A model generated the notes under the pieces. It saw nothing but the letters and a program-made list of their open reading frames with translations, did no database searches and was not told where the DNA came from. The position numbers and the translations under genes were made by a program. Of a stretch of 64,000 nucleotides of DNA, positions 51,835 to 64,000 are shown piece after piece. Source of the DNA: Eledone cirrhosa (lineage: Eukaryota); contig OZ024744.1 of the NCBI GenBank assembly GCA_964016885.1, forward strand, positions 68,386,001-68,450,000, read 5' to 3'. The stretch's first letter is position 1. Every line of letters begins with the position of its first letter.

Positions 51835-52020
51835 CAATGAGTTGTACCTGTAATTGAAAGGACCAGCGTTATCACACTCTGTGACACACTGAATATCACT
51901 AAAAACTACGTTAAGTGTAGACCAGTCTGATCAATGCCCTGAGTTAATTTCACGAGCAGGCTGTTTCGCTGAACGAATTAGCTGAAACAATCTTTGTCGA
52001 AATCGCAGGAGTTCCAATGA
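51835..52020 (+). mobile_element. 3' part of a second SINE family
   Basis: atgagttgtacctgtaatt...gttaatttcacgagcagg matches 57720-57852. Confidence 0.65.
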
Positions 52021-52099
52021 ATATATTAAAACATTTTGTTATTCTTTTTGCAAAGGGTGTGGAAATCAGAGTGAAGTAAGGAAAGTATTTACTGTGAAT

Positions 52100-52770
52100 T
52101 CTAAAGTTTTCATTATTGCTTCAAGCACTTTCTTTCTAGTACCTTGTAGGTATTTAATGAAAGCATTGAGCCAAACAAAAATATTACTTTAGCTGAAAAA
52201 GGATTTAGATCGAACCGTGGCAATTTCTTACTGTGAAGAAATATGGTGTCGTATAATTGCATAAAGCAATGAAAGCTATTCATTTTGGTCAACCAGCAGG
52301 TGGAACATTACAGCATCAACTAACAATAACTTTCATCAATCTTCTCATACAATGAAAAGCGTTCGTTCTTTGAATTTTCTTTAATGGAATTAATACATGC
52401 AATGGCTGTTGACATTATCTCATTTAATTCCCTTGAGAGTTCCCTAGCAATTATATTTCGGTGAATAATGCAATATATACCAATCATAGTTAGATTGTAA
52501 TCTTTTATCAACTTTAGAGAGCTTTGTGTTTACTTAACATAGTGGACTTCTCGTCTGCTAAGAAACCGTACGCAGAACTGAAATTTATCTCCATTTCTTT
52601 CCAGAATTCCAGAATTCCTAAATAATTACATAAATGTTCTCTGCAGACATGGTCGTTGTTAGAGTTCTACAAAATAGTATCTCCTCTACTAGTTTATGAA
52701 CCGTCGATGAATCTGACATTACCTAGAAGCTAACTCGTGGCCGCACACAGTCGATTCATCATGTTAAAGA
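52100..52770 (-). pseudogene. Decayed hAT (Charlie/Buster-like) transposase fragment
   Basis: DEST motif at ~52750-52761; YCIIHR (CxxH) followed by ELNEIMSTAIACINSIKENSKNERF. Confidence 0.7.
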
Positions 52771-52794
52771 GTAAAATATCGACTATGACGTTTA

Positions 52795-53000
52795 TGAACA
52801 AGTTGCATCCTAACATTATCAGCATTCAGTCATCAGAAGAGAGGTAGGTGTAAAAGCCAAACTCGCTATCTTCAATGCGATATTCGCGCCAACCCTTATA
52901 TATGGTCATAAATTTTGGGTAATTACTGAAAGAATACGATCGCGAATACAAGCGGCCGAAGTGGGGGTTCCTCCGAAGGGTCTTTGGAGTAACGTTACTT
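52795..53000 (+). mobile_element. RTE-clade fragment
   Basis: PTLIYGH...TERIRSRIQAAEV; similar in antisense to ~59290-59430. Confidence 0.7.
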
Positions 53001-53254
53001 TAAGCGTAGTCTGAAAAATCTATTTTTGTCGCAAGATCGGAAAAGTACGTCCATTAATTATAACTCTCCCTAATAAACACATCGGGTAAGAAGGTTTTGT
53101 TACTTATGCTATAATTCCCCAATAAAAAGATTTATTGTAAAAAAACTCAAGTGACTTTTGTGGTTATGAAAACGGAAAAAGGAAGGGAAAAGCAAGGGTC
53201 TAGTTTCACAGAAGAATGGAGAGGGAGGAAGAAGGAGGAGGGGGATTGGTTCTA

Positions 53255-53730
53255 GGCCTAGGACGCGGTGGTATTGGGGCTGCGCGTCGTGGACAATGGC
53301 CAGAGACATCCGCTGCAACAGCCACCCCACCTCGCGTAGCTCCTTCCTCAGACTGGCTGCTGAAGTTCCGATATTGTGGAGGAGCTTTGCAGTGCGGGGT
53401 CCATGTATGGACACCGGTGAGAAAAGGAAGCGGTCGGACAATCTCCGGTATTTGTTTATCTACCTTTCTTCTGCATGGCGAGTCGCGGTACCGGGATTTG
53501 TGGTCAAAGTGACTAAGTTGGAGGCGGACACGTGTCACAGCATGTAGTGCCCCAGATGAGGGGTATACCTCCTTAAAATGGGATGAGGGTGATTCCATCG
53601 GGGCGCTTGCCGTCTCCACAGTTGAGACTTGCTGGCTCCAGTTGTTGTGATAGGAAGTCAGCTGCGTTCAGGCTCCTTCTCAATATGTCGTTGAGACCGG
53701 CGTGGTGGGGGGAACCGGCCTGTGCTCACC
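53255..53730 (-). mobile_element. CRE-clade RLE domain fragment
   Basis: HHAGLNDILRRSLNAA...EPASLNCGDGKRPDGITLIPF*GGIPLIW..TCCDT...KVDKYRRLSDRFLFSPV...WLLQRMSLAIV. Confidence 0.82.
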
Positions 53731-54354
53731 AATTGTCTCCCCTTTTCCAATATGTTTGCTAGATGGAGCTCCTCCCGGGTTACACTGCCAACAACGTTAG
53801 CAAAAAGTTGTTGTTGCTATTGATCTTGTTCTGTTGTTTATATTGATTTGACTGTTTTTATCGAAAATATTGACACTGCTGACAATGTTATTGTTGGCGA
53901 TATTTATTTTTTTTAAATGTAATTCCTATTGTTTCCAGTAGTTGTCAAACACATCTATGTAGCTGAATCTACTCTCGACATTGTTTGAAACATCCTTTTT
54001 TGTTATTCAAAATAACCAAATTCATTGTCAGGGAAAGGCGGTGTTTATATTTCCACCCAGCATTGGAACGCAATTATCACATCACTATTGACAACACATT
54101 TACAAAAACAAATTTTGCAAATATCTTACTCCAAATAAATGAATTAATAAATAGGTAAATAAATAAATAAATAAATAAACAAACAAGCAAATGTTAGCCA
54201 AAATGAAGTAAAAACAATTGTTTCACCTCCAAATAGGGTAAAGAATTCTAACACTTTCCGAAGAGCCACAATACAAAACCAAAATCAAAATATATACGTT
54301 TGTCAAAAGCACAACCTGGTTCGAAATACGTACACTTCTTTCACCAATAGAAAT

Positions 54355-54800
54355 AATAATGGTTATTATCATTTCTTTACTGGCCATAAGGGCCGAAACA
54401 TAGAAGACGATAAAGGTACAGTGGGGATTTACAAATAGTTTTAAAAACGTGTAAAAATGGTAACGGGTAACAACAAATTGATAACAATAAAATTACCCAA
54501 AAGGGAGAAATACCATCCAGGGTTACCTTAGGAAAGCAAGAGATCCTAAACCACCCTAATCTTCAAGAGCACCACTGGAAGGTACCCCTCTCCTTACGAA
54601 ACTCTCAGGCCTACAGACCCGTTCTCAGTAGGCCTCTTCCTTCGGGCAACCCTCGCTACATTCACCTGCCTTTCAACAAATGTATCGGAGGGAAGTATTT
54701 CTCTCTCCACCCTCAAATTTTTTTCTCCAAGATGAACTTGAAAACGTTAATGAGGGCTTGGCCAAAGACTAAAGTGCTTGTCTTCCGTCCCTTCATCGCG
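54355..54800 (-). mobile_element. Diverged Tx1-family 3' fragment
   Basis: ctttcaacaaa...ctctctccaccctc...gaacttgaaaacgttaatgagggc...aagtgcttgtcttc resembles 39658-39775. Confidence 0.7.
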
Positions 54801-55387
54801 TCCGTCGCATTCATACCATTAACCACACCTCCAATCACGTCCCCATAACTAAGATATCACTAGCAATCGACTTTTTTCACTCATAACCCGCGGCCTGTTG
54901 TTTTCTGTTTCCAACAATTTCTCTCTACATTTTCCCGGAATGGGCACCCTCTTTATTCCTTCTGACACAACCATAATATGGTTGTCCTTCTTGTATACAG
55001 TTCTTTTATTTCACACAATACCAAACCTGTATAATATTCTTACTCTTACTTCTGTTGCAACACCTGTTATTCCCATCTCAATATTCCCACCTTACATGCA
55101 CAAAGGTCATGCCACAATCAGTTCACCTACAATTTCAAATATTTCAGCTACTGCTTTAAATGGCAATTGTATGGTTTGGTGTGCAATGGAAAAACAGGTT
55201 GCTTTTTGTTCGACACGCAACGCTGGATCATTCGGACCTGTAACACAAGACTTAGTTCTGTGAGCCTCACCTAACCGCATCTTCCTGAATTTACTATTAT
55301 TAGGCTTCGTCGTAAATAACACCTGATGTTACACTTAAACACAAGTGTCCTTACTGGCCTTAACATTCGACTTGCTTTCCTCTAAAA

Positions 55388-56075
55388 CAGAGGTTTTCAG
55401 ACTTTTGTCCCTCCCCCCTCACGCCCATATAATACCCTCAGCGCCCCCACGGCCACGTAATACCCTCAGCGCCTCTCACGGCCATGTAATACCCTCAGCG
55501 CCGCCTCACGGCCACTAAATACCCTCAGCGCCCCTCACGGCCATATAATACCATCAGCGCTCCCTCACATCCATGTAATAGCCTGAGCGCCCCCTCACCG
55601 CCTCGTAATACCCTCAGCGTCCCCTCACGGCTATGTAATGCCCTCAGCGCCCCCTCACGGCCATGTAATACCCTCAGCGCTCCCTCACGACCACGTAATA
55701 CCGTCAGCGCCCCCTGACGGCCTTTTAATAACCTCAGCTCCCCCTCACGGCCACGGAATACCCTCAGCGCCCCCTCACGGCCATGTAATACCCTCATCGC
55801 CCCCTCACGACCACGAAATACCCTTAGTGGACCCCAACCCTATTTCCAGAGAGACCTGCCTACACGCAAATTGTAAATAATATATCATAAATAAAATCGT
55901 TAATTTATATATAATAAATAATATAATATATACTATGTATAAAGAAATATATATTTGTTTAATGTTTATATATATGTGTCATTTGATATTTAATTTACTA
56001 TTATATCATCTCCAACGCCTTCTGAACCTTCTCAACACCTCCTGGGGGCGGTAGCACCCACTTTCAGAACCTCTT
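55388..56075. mobile_element. hAT-type non-autonomous element carrying a 30-bp minisatellite
   Basis: TIRs cagaggttttcagact / actttcagaacctct; TSD-like ctctaaaa / ctcaaaaa. Confidence 0.6.
55415..55827. repeat. 30-bp GC-rich minisatellite, about 13 copies
   Basis: Unit taataccctcagcgccccctcacggccatg repeated head-to-tail without spacers. Confidence 0.92.
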
Positions 56076-56559
56076 CTCAAAAACATACGTAATCCACCTT
56101 ATGTACTCAACTTATATTTCACCGTTTTTTTCATACTACGTGCATGCGGACAACCAACATTTTGATCACATGTACAGACAGGTATGCGTTTGCTTGCACA
56201 CACGTACGTATTTGCATGCATAAGCAAACATATGCCTTTTTTTTTTTTTTACACAACTCACTTTGCGGTTTCTCACACATGCACACACATACTTAAGCAC
56301 TCTTCACAAACAATTCACTTTATTTACTATGCTTCATTGACAAACATTTCTTAATAAATCTACTTCACCAACCATTTAATTCACTTCATTTACACATAAC
56401 TACTTAAAAACACTTCACACCTAATTCCTTTTTTTTAAAAAACGCCCAATTCACAACGACCCTCTTCATAACTACGACACCCTGCATATATATACACACC
56501 TTCCACTGGCACGTTGCCTCACTCACGACACAAACAAATCTGTGAATCACCACAAACAA

Positions 56560-56930
56560 GGCAGTATCGGTAGAGAGTCAGACGCCATGCTTTGCAGCAT
56601 AGAGTTACGCTCCTTTACAGTCGCAGTTCAAATCCCGCCGAGGTTAACTTTGCCTTTCATCCTTACGAGGTCGATAAAATATTGGGGTCGATTTGATCGA
56701 CTTTCCCCTCCTCTTAAAAAAATTGCTGGCCTTGTGCCTGAAGTATAAATAATTATTTGATCATTTAAAAGCGGTGGATTGGCAGTGTCGGCAGAGCGCC
56801 AGACACGATGCCTTGCAGCTTAGAGTTATGGCCGAGGTTAACTTTGCCTTTTATCCTTACGGGATAGATACAATAAAGCACCAGTAATGCACTGGGGTAA
56901 TTGCTGGCCTTGTGCCAAAAGTAAAAACAA
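56560..56930 (+). mobile_element. Two tandem, partly deleted tRNA-derived SINE copies
   Basis: ~56560-56748 and ~56770-56930 match the SINE consensus. Confidence 0.85.
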
Positions 56931-57594
56931 TTGTTTGATCATTCTACCTTAAACTGTACACAAACATACTTTAAGCATGCTTCCTTTCACCAGCTTACCT
57001 TATGTCACAACCACCTGTTATGCCCTTTAACTTTCACTCTTTGCTAAAAGAAACTTTAAAACTCCGTTAATTTCTGTCTCTCATTCCAGCAAGGTTAGTC
57101 GTTCAACATTTTCCCTTCCATTTTCTTTTTCTCTCCTTTACCCTTTCTCCTGTTTTGACGAAGAACATTGTCCGAAACGAGAAGGTACATATATTTCATC
57201 CCCTATTCTTGTGCAGCGTTTAGTTCAGTGATTGCGCTCCATCCATTATATACACGTGTATTTCCACAATATGCTTTTGGCTGTTTATAGGAATGTATAG
57301 CCATTCGAGAATGGATCATCATCATCATCATCATTTCAACAGTTTTATAGGTTTTCTACTACATCACCAGATACAAGTCCGTGTTTGTGGAGTGTGTACA
57401 GCATCTTTTGTATGTTACATCAATTTTACACTGCTGTGAGGCTTAGTTAATTGTTTCTCGTGTTATCTTAATCTTTAATCTGTTGTACAGAATATGTGCC
57501 ATGTGTGTTCAGTTATTTCGTTATGTGTTGTATATATTTCATACGAGCAGTATGATTGGTGTTATACGCTTCTGTTATAGTTTCTGTTGTGAAA

Positions 57595-57852
57595 GCGCGT
57601 GGCTTTGTGGTTAACGTATTCGGCTGGCTCACAATCGTGAGTTCGATTCTCGGAAGCACGTTTTGTACTTGAACAAGACATTTTATTTCACGTTGCTCCA
57701 GTACACGCATATGGCAAAAATGAATTGTACCTGTAATTCGAAGAGCCAGGCTCGTCATATTCTCTGCCATGCTAAATCTCCCTGAGAACTACTATAAAGG
57801 TACGCGTGTCAGTGGAATGCTCAGCCACTTGCACGTTAAATTCACGAGCAGG
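57595..57852 (+). mobile_element. Second tRNA-derived SINE family
   Basis: A box gtggctttgtggtt, B box gagttcgattct, then cttgaacaagacattttatttcacgttgctccag. Confidence 0.75.
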
Positions 57853-58814
57853 AGATAGATAGATAGTTTCTGTTGTAGATTGTGAAACCCTTTTATTTGT
57901 AAGTTCGTTTTACTAAAATTAGTTAGTTCACTTGTAGTGACTTGTGAAGTGCAAAATTATTATTATCGTTTTCCGGAAATGACTAAGGCGACCATCGAAA
58001 ACTTAAACGTCTTTTCCTTGACATTTTTAAGGTTGTTCCAAACCTAATGTGTTAAATATGTCTGAAAAACAATTTTGATAATAACATGTTATAGTTTGCT
58101 TGAAGTATTGTATATCATATATAGCGTTGAAAGAGATAGAAGGCTAAACAATACAAAATGGACTGTAAGATGAGGTAACGAAAAGTAAAAGTTACCTCGT
58201 AATCATTGTTTTGTTTTTGTTGTTCTTCTTCTTTTATCTGTCCAATATTTAGGGACATAAAAGTCCCTTTTTCGGGGTTTAAGGAACTTTCGGTGGATAA
58301 CGTTCCAATTTTCTCTCTTTAGGATAAGATTTTGATTTTGATTTAAATTTTGATATGGTTAGTTTACATTTGAGGGAAGAAATATCAAGCACAAGCGATA
58401 ATCCATATAAAATATATTCTTCATATCCCGTTTATTATTAGACACGCTAGCTTCCTGGAATGTCCATATATCGTTCCTATTTTTTCTGAAGAGAAATTAT
58501 GTAACATAATGCCCACTGAAATCATTATCACACTAACGAGCAGCACTGTATTCACCAACCTCGGTAAACAAAAAAGCTACAATGGAGAGAACAAGAATAA
58601 TAACATCCCCACAGGGAAAAACAACTACAATGGCAACACTAACAGCAAAAACAACAAAGTCAGGGGTAAAAACAATAGAATTAGAACAATAGTAAAGTTT
58701 TTTCTCTCATTCACAGGGAGATTACAGGATCCCACGTGAGGGTCTAGGGATTCAGGTTCAAATAGGATGAGTAACGTCTGTACAGTAGTGTTATGCTCTC
58801 CGAGTCGACCATCG

Positions 58815-58945
58815 TCTTCTTCTTCTTCTTCTTCTTCTTCTTCTTCTTCTTCTTCTTCTTCTTCTTCTTCTTCTTCTTCTTCTTCTTCTTCTTCTTCTTC
58901 TTCTTCTTCTTCTTCTTCTTCTTCTTCTGCTTCTTCTTCTTCTTC
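58815..58945. repeat. (CTT)n microsatellite, probably the (GAA)n tail of the adjacent RTE
   Basis: Direct inspection. Confidence 0.9.
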
Positions 58946-59800
58946 ATCCGCTTATTACTGATAGCGTGATGGAGGTAGAGTCTTCAAACACTCCATCCAG
59001 CGGGTCCTGTCAAAAGCAACCGTTTCTAACTGATCCGGCTGGATCCCCAGGTGAGACCAGCTAAACACATGGATGTTATCCAACCATCTTCTTTGTGGTC
59101 TACCCCTGGGTCTCCTGCCGATTGGTTTTTGCTCGTAAAATCTGTCCATCAATTCTTTCCTGACACATTCTAACGACATGCCCATAGTATCGGAATTATG
59201 ATCTCTCTATTTGAAGTGATGGCTCTACTTGGAGTGTCTCTCTGAACTACACACTCTATCCAATAACCTTATTCCAAAGACCGTTCGGAGAAACTCCATT
59301 TCGGCCGCTTGTATTCCCGATCGTATTCTTCCTGTCATTACCATAGGTAACGGTTGGTACTAGGAAGATCACGAGTTTGGGTTTTTACGCCTACCTCCCT
59401 TTTTCTGATTACTGAATGCTGAAGCTGGTGCATCACTGTACCAGCTCCCGCAATTGTTGCACTTAATTCAGCCTCCTGCCTTCCATCACTCGTGAACATG
59501 GCTCTGAGATATTTGAACTTCTCTACCTGATTCAGTGGAACTCATTGACATGTAGAGTGCACTGCGCGGGCTTCTTTAAGAGAGATGAGTGTCTCAGTTT
59601 TCATAGCACTGATCTTCATTCCAACCAAGTAGCACTCGGCATCAAATTTATCGAGTATAAGTCGGAGATCACCATCTGTCGAGTTAAGTAACACCATGTC
59701 AACAAATTCCAGCCACCTGATCTTACACCTGCCAACCCTGCTGCGCCTGTCAATCTTGTTCATGAAAATAATGAACAGGAGAGGTGACAGTAAGCATCAT
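58946..59800 (-). mobile_element. Decayed RTE-clade 3' fragment
   Basis: SPVHYFHEQD/MNKI region, a GMKISAMKTE RT remnant, and PIGRRPRGRPQRRWLDNI...LGI...AFDRTRW. Confidence 0.8.
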
Positions 59801-59847
59801 TGGCGGAGTCCGACTCCTACATTGTTTCTTGTATTTGTAATTATATA

Positions 59848-59942
<95 letters not shown>

Positions 59943-60077
59943 CAAAGGGGGTATTTAATTTGTTGGTAATTCAACAAATATATATGTTTATAACTGATTC
60001 GAAGCACTCGACAGATTTTCTGGAGTATAATATTCAATGATATTAAATAAATGGAAACTATATTTATAAAACCATAT

Positions 60078-60139
60078 TTATTCTATTATATACATTTTAA
60101 GGGTACCAACACTTTGGGACGCACTCATCAGATAAAATA
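60078..60139 (-). ncRNA. Degenerate hammerhead (family of 2417-2481)
   Basis: tattttat-CTGATGA-gtgcgtccca...tggtaccct-TAAA (GAAA mutated). The flank aaatggaaactatatttataaaaccatat is shared with ~2388-2415. Confidence 0.45.
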
Positions 60140-60230
60140 CAAAGTTTGTTTTATAAATATTGTAATATCCAGGAAGGAGATCTTAACGGTTCAAATTTTT
60201 CCTGGTGTGTGTGTGTGGGGGGGGGGGGGT

Positions 60231-60271
<41 letters not shown>

Positions 60272-60330
60272 CACAAGAATAAATAAATAAAAACGGCGTA
60301 AACATTACAATACATCGGGAGGAAACATAG

Positions 60331-60374
60331 TACCACTGATGATGTCACAGGTGTGTGGCGAAAGAACTTTGATA
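60331..60374 (+). ncRNA. Minimal hammerhead (family of 16677-16721)
   Basis: tacca-CTGATGA-tgtcaca ggtg tgtggc-GAAA-gaac-TT-tgata. Confidence 0.6.
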
Positions 60375-60567
60375 GACTATATATATATGTTTCTTTTTTT
60401 TTTTTAACCGTTGGTCAATCAATGATAAACATTGATTGCCAGATAAATCAACTATGGAGGTATAAAAGATACAGAAGCGAAAACTAATCCAAACCGAACA
60501 GTTATTGTTTCTGGCAATATTATAACAATATGAGTCTCTCCAAGAACAATATATATATATATATATA

Positions 60568-60770
60568 TAACAAAGAAGGTGTGGTAAGATACCAGGTGGA
60601 CCATAACGCACCAGAGTACTTGATACTTAGGGTAGTAGTGTGGGTAGTATGAACAGAGCAGGACACCGACGGCTGAGCTCCGGACGTTTCGACAGCTAGA
60701 TCCAAACTGTTCGGATCTAGCTGTCGAAACGGCCGGAGCTCAGTCGCCGGGGTCCTGACTATTTTCCAGT
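60568..60770 (-). mobile_element. PLE terminal fragment (47214-49195 family) folded back on its hammerhead 3' half
   Basis: caggacaccgacggctgagctccggacgtttcgacagctagatcc / ggatctagctgtcGAAAcggccggagctcagtcgccggggtcctg hairpin, plus the shared tail. Confidence 0.7.
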
Positions 60771-60785
60771 ATATATATGTATATA

Positions 60786-61161
60786 CAGTATACCCCTGGC
60801 ATTTGTGGCCCCAGTTATTCACGGAATTTTTCTTACAACCTATCTAATAATTGTTTGTGGAAACCACTGCATATTCGCGGAATCGTAAATATCTTCCGTG
60901 GCGTTTTTATGGGTTTTTTCGTGGCAATATATATCTTTTTAACGGTAAATTATAATTTACCGCGAATATTGGACGTGATCCATCATAAAAATGCCTATAA
61001 TTTAAAGAGGGGCGGTCAATAGGCCGGCAAATAGGGATTATCGTTATTAATAATTATTAATAACGATAATCCCTATGATGGATCACGTCCAATATTCGCG
61101 GATTTTCTCTCGTCGCGGATGCTCTAGGAATGTTATCACCGCGAATGCCGGGGTACCACTG
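60786..61161. mobile_element. Tigger/pogo-type MITE with TA TSD
   Basis: TA-cagtatacccctggcatttgtgg ... ccgcgaatgccggggtaccactg-TA; internal attcgcgg motifs and an internal hairpin. Confidence 0.75.
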
Positions 61162-61192
<31 letters not shown>

Positions 61193-61220
61193 TTAAAAGA
61201 ATAGAGGTGTAATATATATG

Positions 61221-61975
61221 TTTAATACATTATCAGAGAAAGCTTTAAGCAATACTCCGACCGACTTCCGTCTCACTCAACAAACATTAGGATATACCTT
61301 AGTATAATCCCAATTGTACGTTTGGGGTGCTAACTATACGTATTTTGCGGATAGCCAGTTGTATTATTTTATATGAGACATAATTAAATACATCCCTCTT
61401 TCCAAACGATCGTTTCATTATAAGTTTTCTACAAGTTGGGAAAATAATGTCGAGGTTATGTAGAAGCCTACACATAGTCTATAGGAATATATGCAGGTGG
61501 GCACTTATAAATCATCAGTGGATGCCCAACAATATCGATATAAAAAACCCTACCAATATTAACATTCAGCGAAGGTACCCGTCAGTGTTAGAGTGACCGC
61601 CAAATTTGAAATTCCAGCAGTCTCACAATGAGAAATCTCACACTGCCATCAAGCGGGAAGGGTAGGTCATCACAAAACATAAAAGGATAAAATAATATGC
61701 ACGCAGGTCAATTAATTCTGTCAAGAATTTTAACCATGCGTGAAGAACTCAATTGGATATAAAAAAATAAATATATGCATGTATTATTTATACACGCATA
61801 TAGGTATTTTCTGAGGCTAAAAACAGAGACAAGATACCGGAAAAACAATCAATATTTCATACAAAGAATAAATAAAGAAAGTCATACCTAAAAATATCTG
61901 GAAATGTCATCTCTGGCCAATTCAAGAGTATAATATTTAATACATTAACAGAGAAAGCTTTAAGCAATACTCCGA

Positions 61976-61978
<3 letters not shown>
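61221..61978. mobile_element. ~760-bp unit bounded by ~42-bp direct repeats, in (TA)n
   Basis: tttaatacatta(t/a)cagagaaagctttaagcaatactccgacc at ~61221 and ~61936. Confidence 0.6.
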
Positions 61979-62048
<70 letters not shown>

Positions 62049-62201
62049 TATACATATATAATAAATGTAATCTGAGTTTTTTTCAAATATTAATAATAAC
62101 ATTCGATTCGTTTGCAATTATGCAAACAAGCCTCAATTTTACAGCCATCTCAGTAGAATGAATCCTTCATTCTTGTTCTTGTGTTGGTATATATATGTGT
62201 G

Positions 62202-62259
<58 letters not shown>

Positions 62260-62689
62260 ATTTAATTATTTTGTGCAAATTGAAATGTTTTCTAATAAGT
62301 CTCAATAACTTTGCCGCTCGCCTCGTATTTATATAACTCCACTTGCTTATGTAACATATTTATAATACGTTTTTGAATGTATGAATGAATTCCGTAAGAC
62401 AAAAAGAAAGAATTATTAATACTGTATACAGTTATTAATCTAAATAAACGAATTGTATTAACTGTGTATGCATCATTAGTAACTTCGTATCTTAATTTTC
62501 TCATTATTTTCTTTTACAATTACTTTTTTTTGTCAAGCTTCGCTCGTGTTACTTTTTACTAGCATCAAACGGCTAGAAACAATATGATTTACAATTTTGT
62601 CAATCTTTAAAATAACATAGTTATCGCCATATTATATATATCGCCATATTATATACGCTTCGTAATTTCTTGCTGTAAGGTTTTTCCAT

Positions 62690-62960
62690 TGCGCATATAT
62701 ATTCAACATAGTTTCGGTCGTAACCTTTCATTGCTAATATGATAGTGAAGCTATGTACCTTACATGCATCTGCGTTACTTGCAATGTCATAAATTTACAT
62801 ACTCTCCTGTCACTTTAGTCCTGTGTTTTGTACGTTACACAATTTCGGAACCTTTTCATCAACCCATCCCCAACAGCTGTACTGGCTTTCGATTTAATGA
62901 CGCTGTTATGAACAACAATTATTTTAACGCTTCGGCACAATAAACGAGTTGTTTTCCTTG
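62690..62960 (-). pseudogene. Possible highly decayed Tigger/pogo transposase remnant
   Basis: Scattered KAST..G...KRF, LKVTGE, NAD and GYD pieces in the order expected for CENP-B/pogo transposases. Confidence 0.35.
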
Positions 62961-63025
62961 CTTACTCTTTTCTGTAAAATACCAGCATCTCTACTTACTC
63001 TCTATCAATCATTATTGGTATCTAG

Positions 63026-63212
63026 GTCGGTGGTTTGGTAGTATCGGTAGAGTGCCAGACACTATGCTTTGCAACACCGAGTTATGGCCCTTTACGTTCT
63101 GAATTCAAATCCCACCGAGGTCAACTTTGCCTTTCATCCTTACGGGATCGATAAAATAAAGTACCAGTAATGAACCGGGATAATTGCTGGCCTTGTGCCA
63201 AAAGTAGAAACA
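63026..63212 (+). mobile_element. tRNA-derived SINE
   Basis: ggtggtttggtagtatcggtagag...ttcaaatcccaccgagg...ggccttgtgccaaaagtagaaa. Confidence 0.9.
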
Positions 63213-63562
63213 CTTATTTCCTCCTACACACCCACTTTTCTTTTGCTCACATCTCTTTCATTCATTCCCTCCACCTTCAGTTTTACTCGTAATTTACTCT
63301 ACATACATACACGCATTCTTACATACATTCACACACACACACACACATAAATTTCTCTAATGATTGATTTGCGTCTCGCATAACTTTACCAAAATCGATA
63401 GTTGGTGATCAATGATTGATTGCTTCGATCAATGATTGATTGCTATAATCATGAAATGGCGCCATAAGGAAAGAAGAACTTTTTCCACTTTGAAGCACAT
63501 ATTTTTCCTAAATATGTGCTTTGTGTGTGTACAATATACTACGTGATTCTCAAACGATACAT

Positions 63563-63735
<173 letters not shown>

Positions 63736-63833
63736 CTCTAAATTTGAATTATAAATGGACAAATCTCCATTGAGCAGTTCTACTGAGAAACATCAGTATC
63801 ATATATAATAGATATGTCCTGATACCTTAAATT

Positions 63834-63909
<76 letters not shown>

Positions 63910-64000
63910 CAACAGTGACATAAATAGGTACTCAAGTTTCGTTGGGTTCTGGGCCCCAACTCATTCAACCTGTCATGAGAAAAATAAAAACAAAGATGGC

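Noticed and set aside
54898-55322. ORFs 54898..55263(+) and 55107..55322(-)
   Set aside because: No recognisable motifs; they cannot be supported as genes.
55415-55827. 30-bp repeat array as a CRISPR
   Set aside because: The units are contiguous with no unique spacers, there are no cas genes, and the context is eukaryotic.
57150-57190. TTGACGA...GAAAcg hammerhead-like string
   Set aside because: Stems I and III do not pair convincingly; at best a decayed remnant.

Overview
AT-rich, microsatellite-laden animal genomic DNA, most likely from a coleoid cephalopod such as an octopus (inferred from the tRNA-derived SINE family and the repeat landscape). No host protein-coding gene can be supported, and most ORF-track entries are microsatellite translations or antisense shadows. 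The window is a transposon graveyard with four layers. (1) A ~24-kb train of non-LTR retrotransposons at ~22-46 kb joined through (TACA)n and (TAA)n microsatellites: an RTE-clade LINE with three C-terminal C2H2 fingers, three R4/Dong-like RLE elements and a near full-length Tx1/L1-clade element. (2) Many Penelope-like (PLE) remnants in (TA)n tracts, two of them still coding GIY-YIG endonuclease, typically with inverted terminal segments. (3) About 15 type-I hammerhead ribozyme motifs of several families folded by eye, including a U3:A8 core variant in a 1.9-kb palindrome and an A9U variant with a long stem-II insert. (4) SINEs, hAT/Tigger/mariner-type MITEs and CRE-clade fragments. The density of near-perfect inverted duplications is high, so some may be assembly or amplification artefacts. 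Coordinates were read by eye and may be off by a few bases; family names rest on motif recognition, not database searches.
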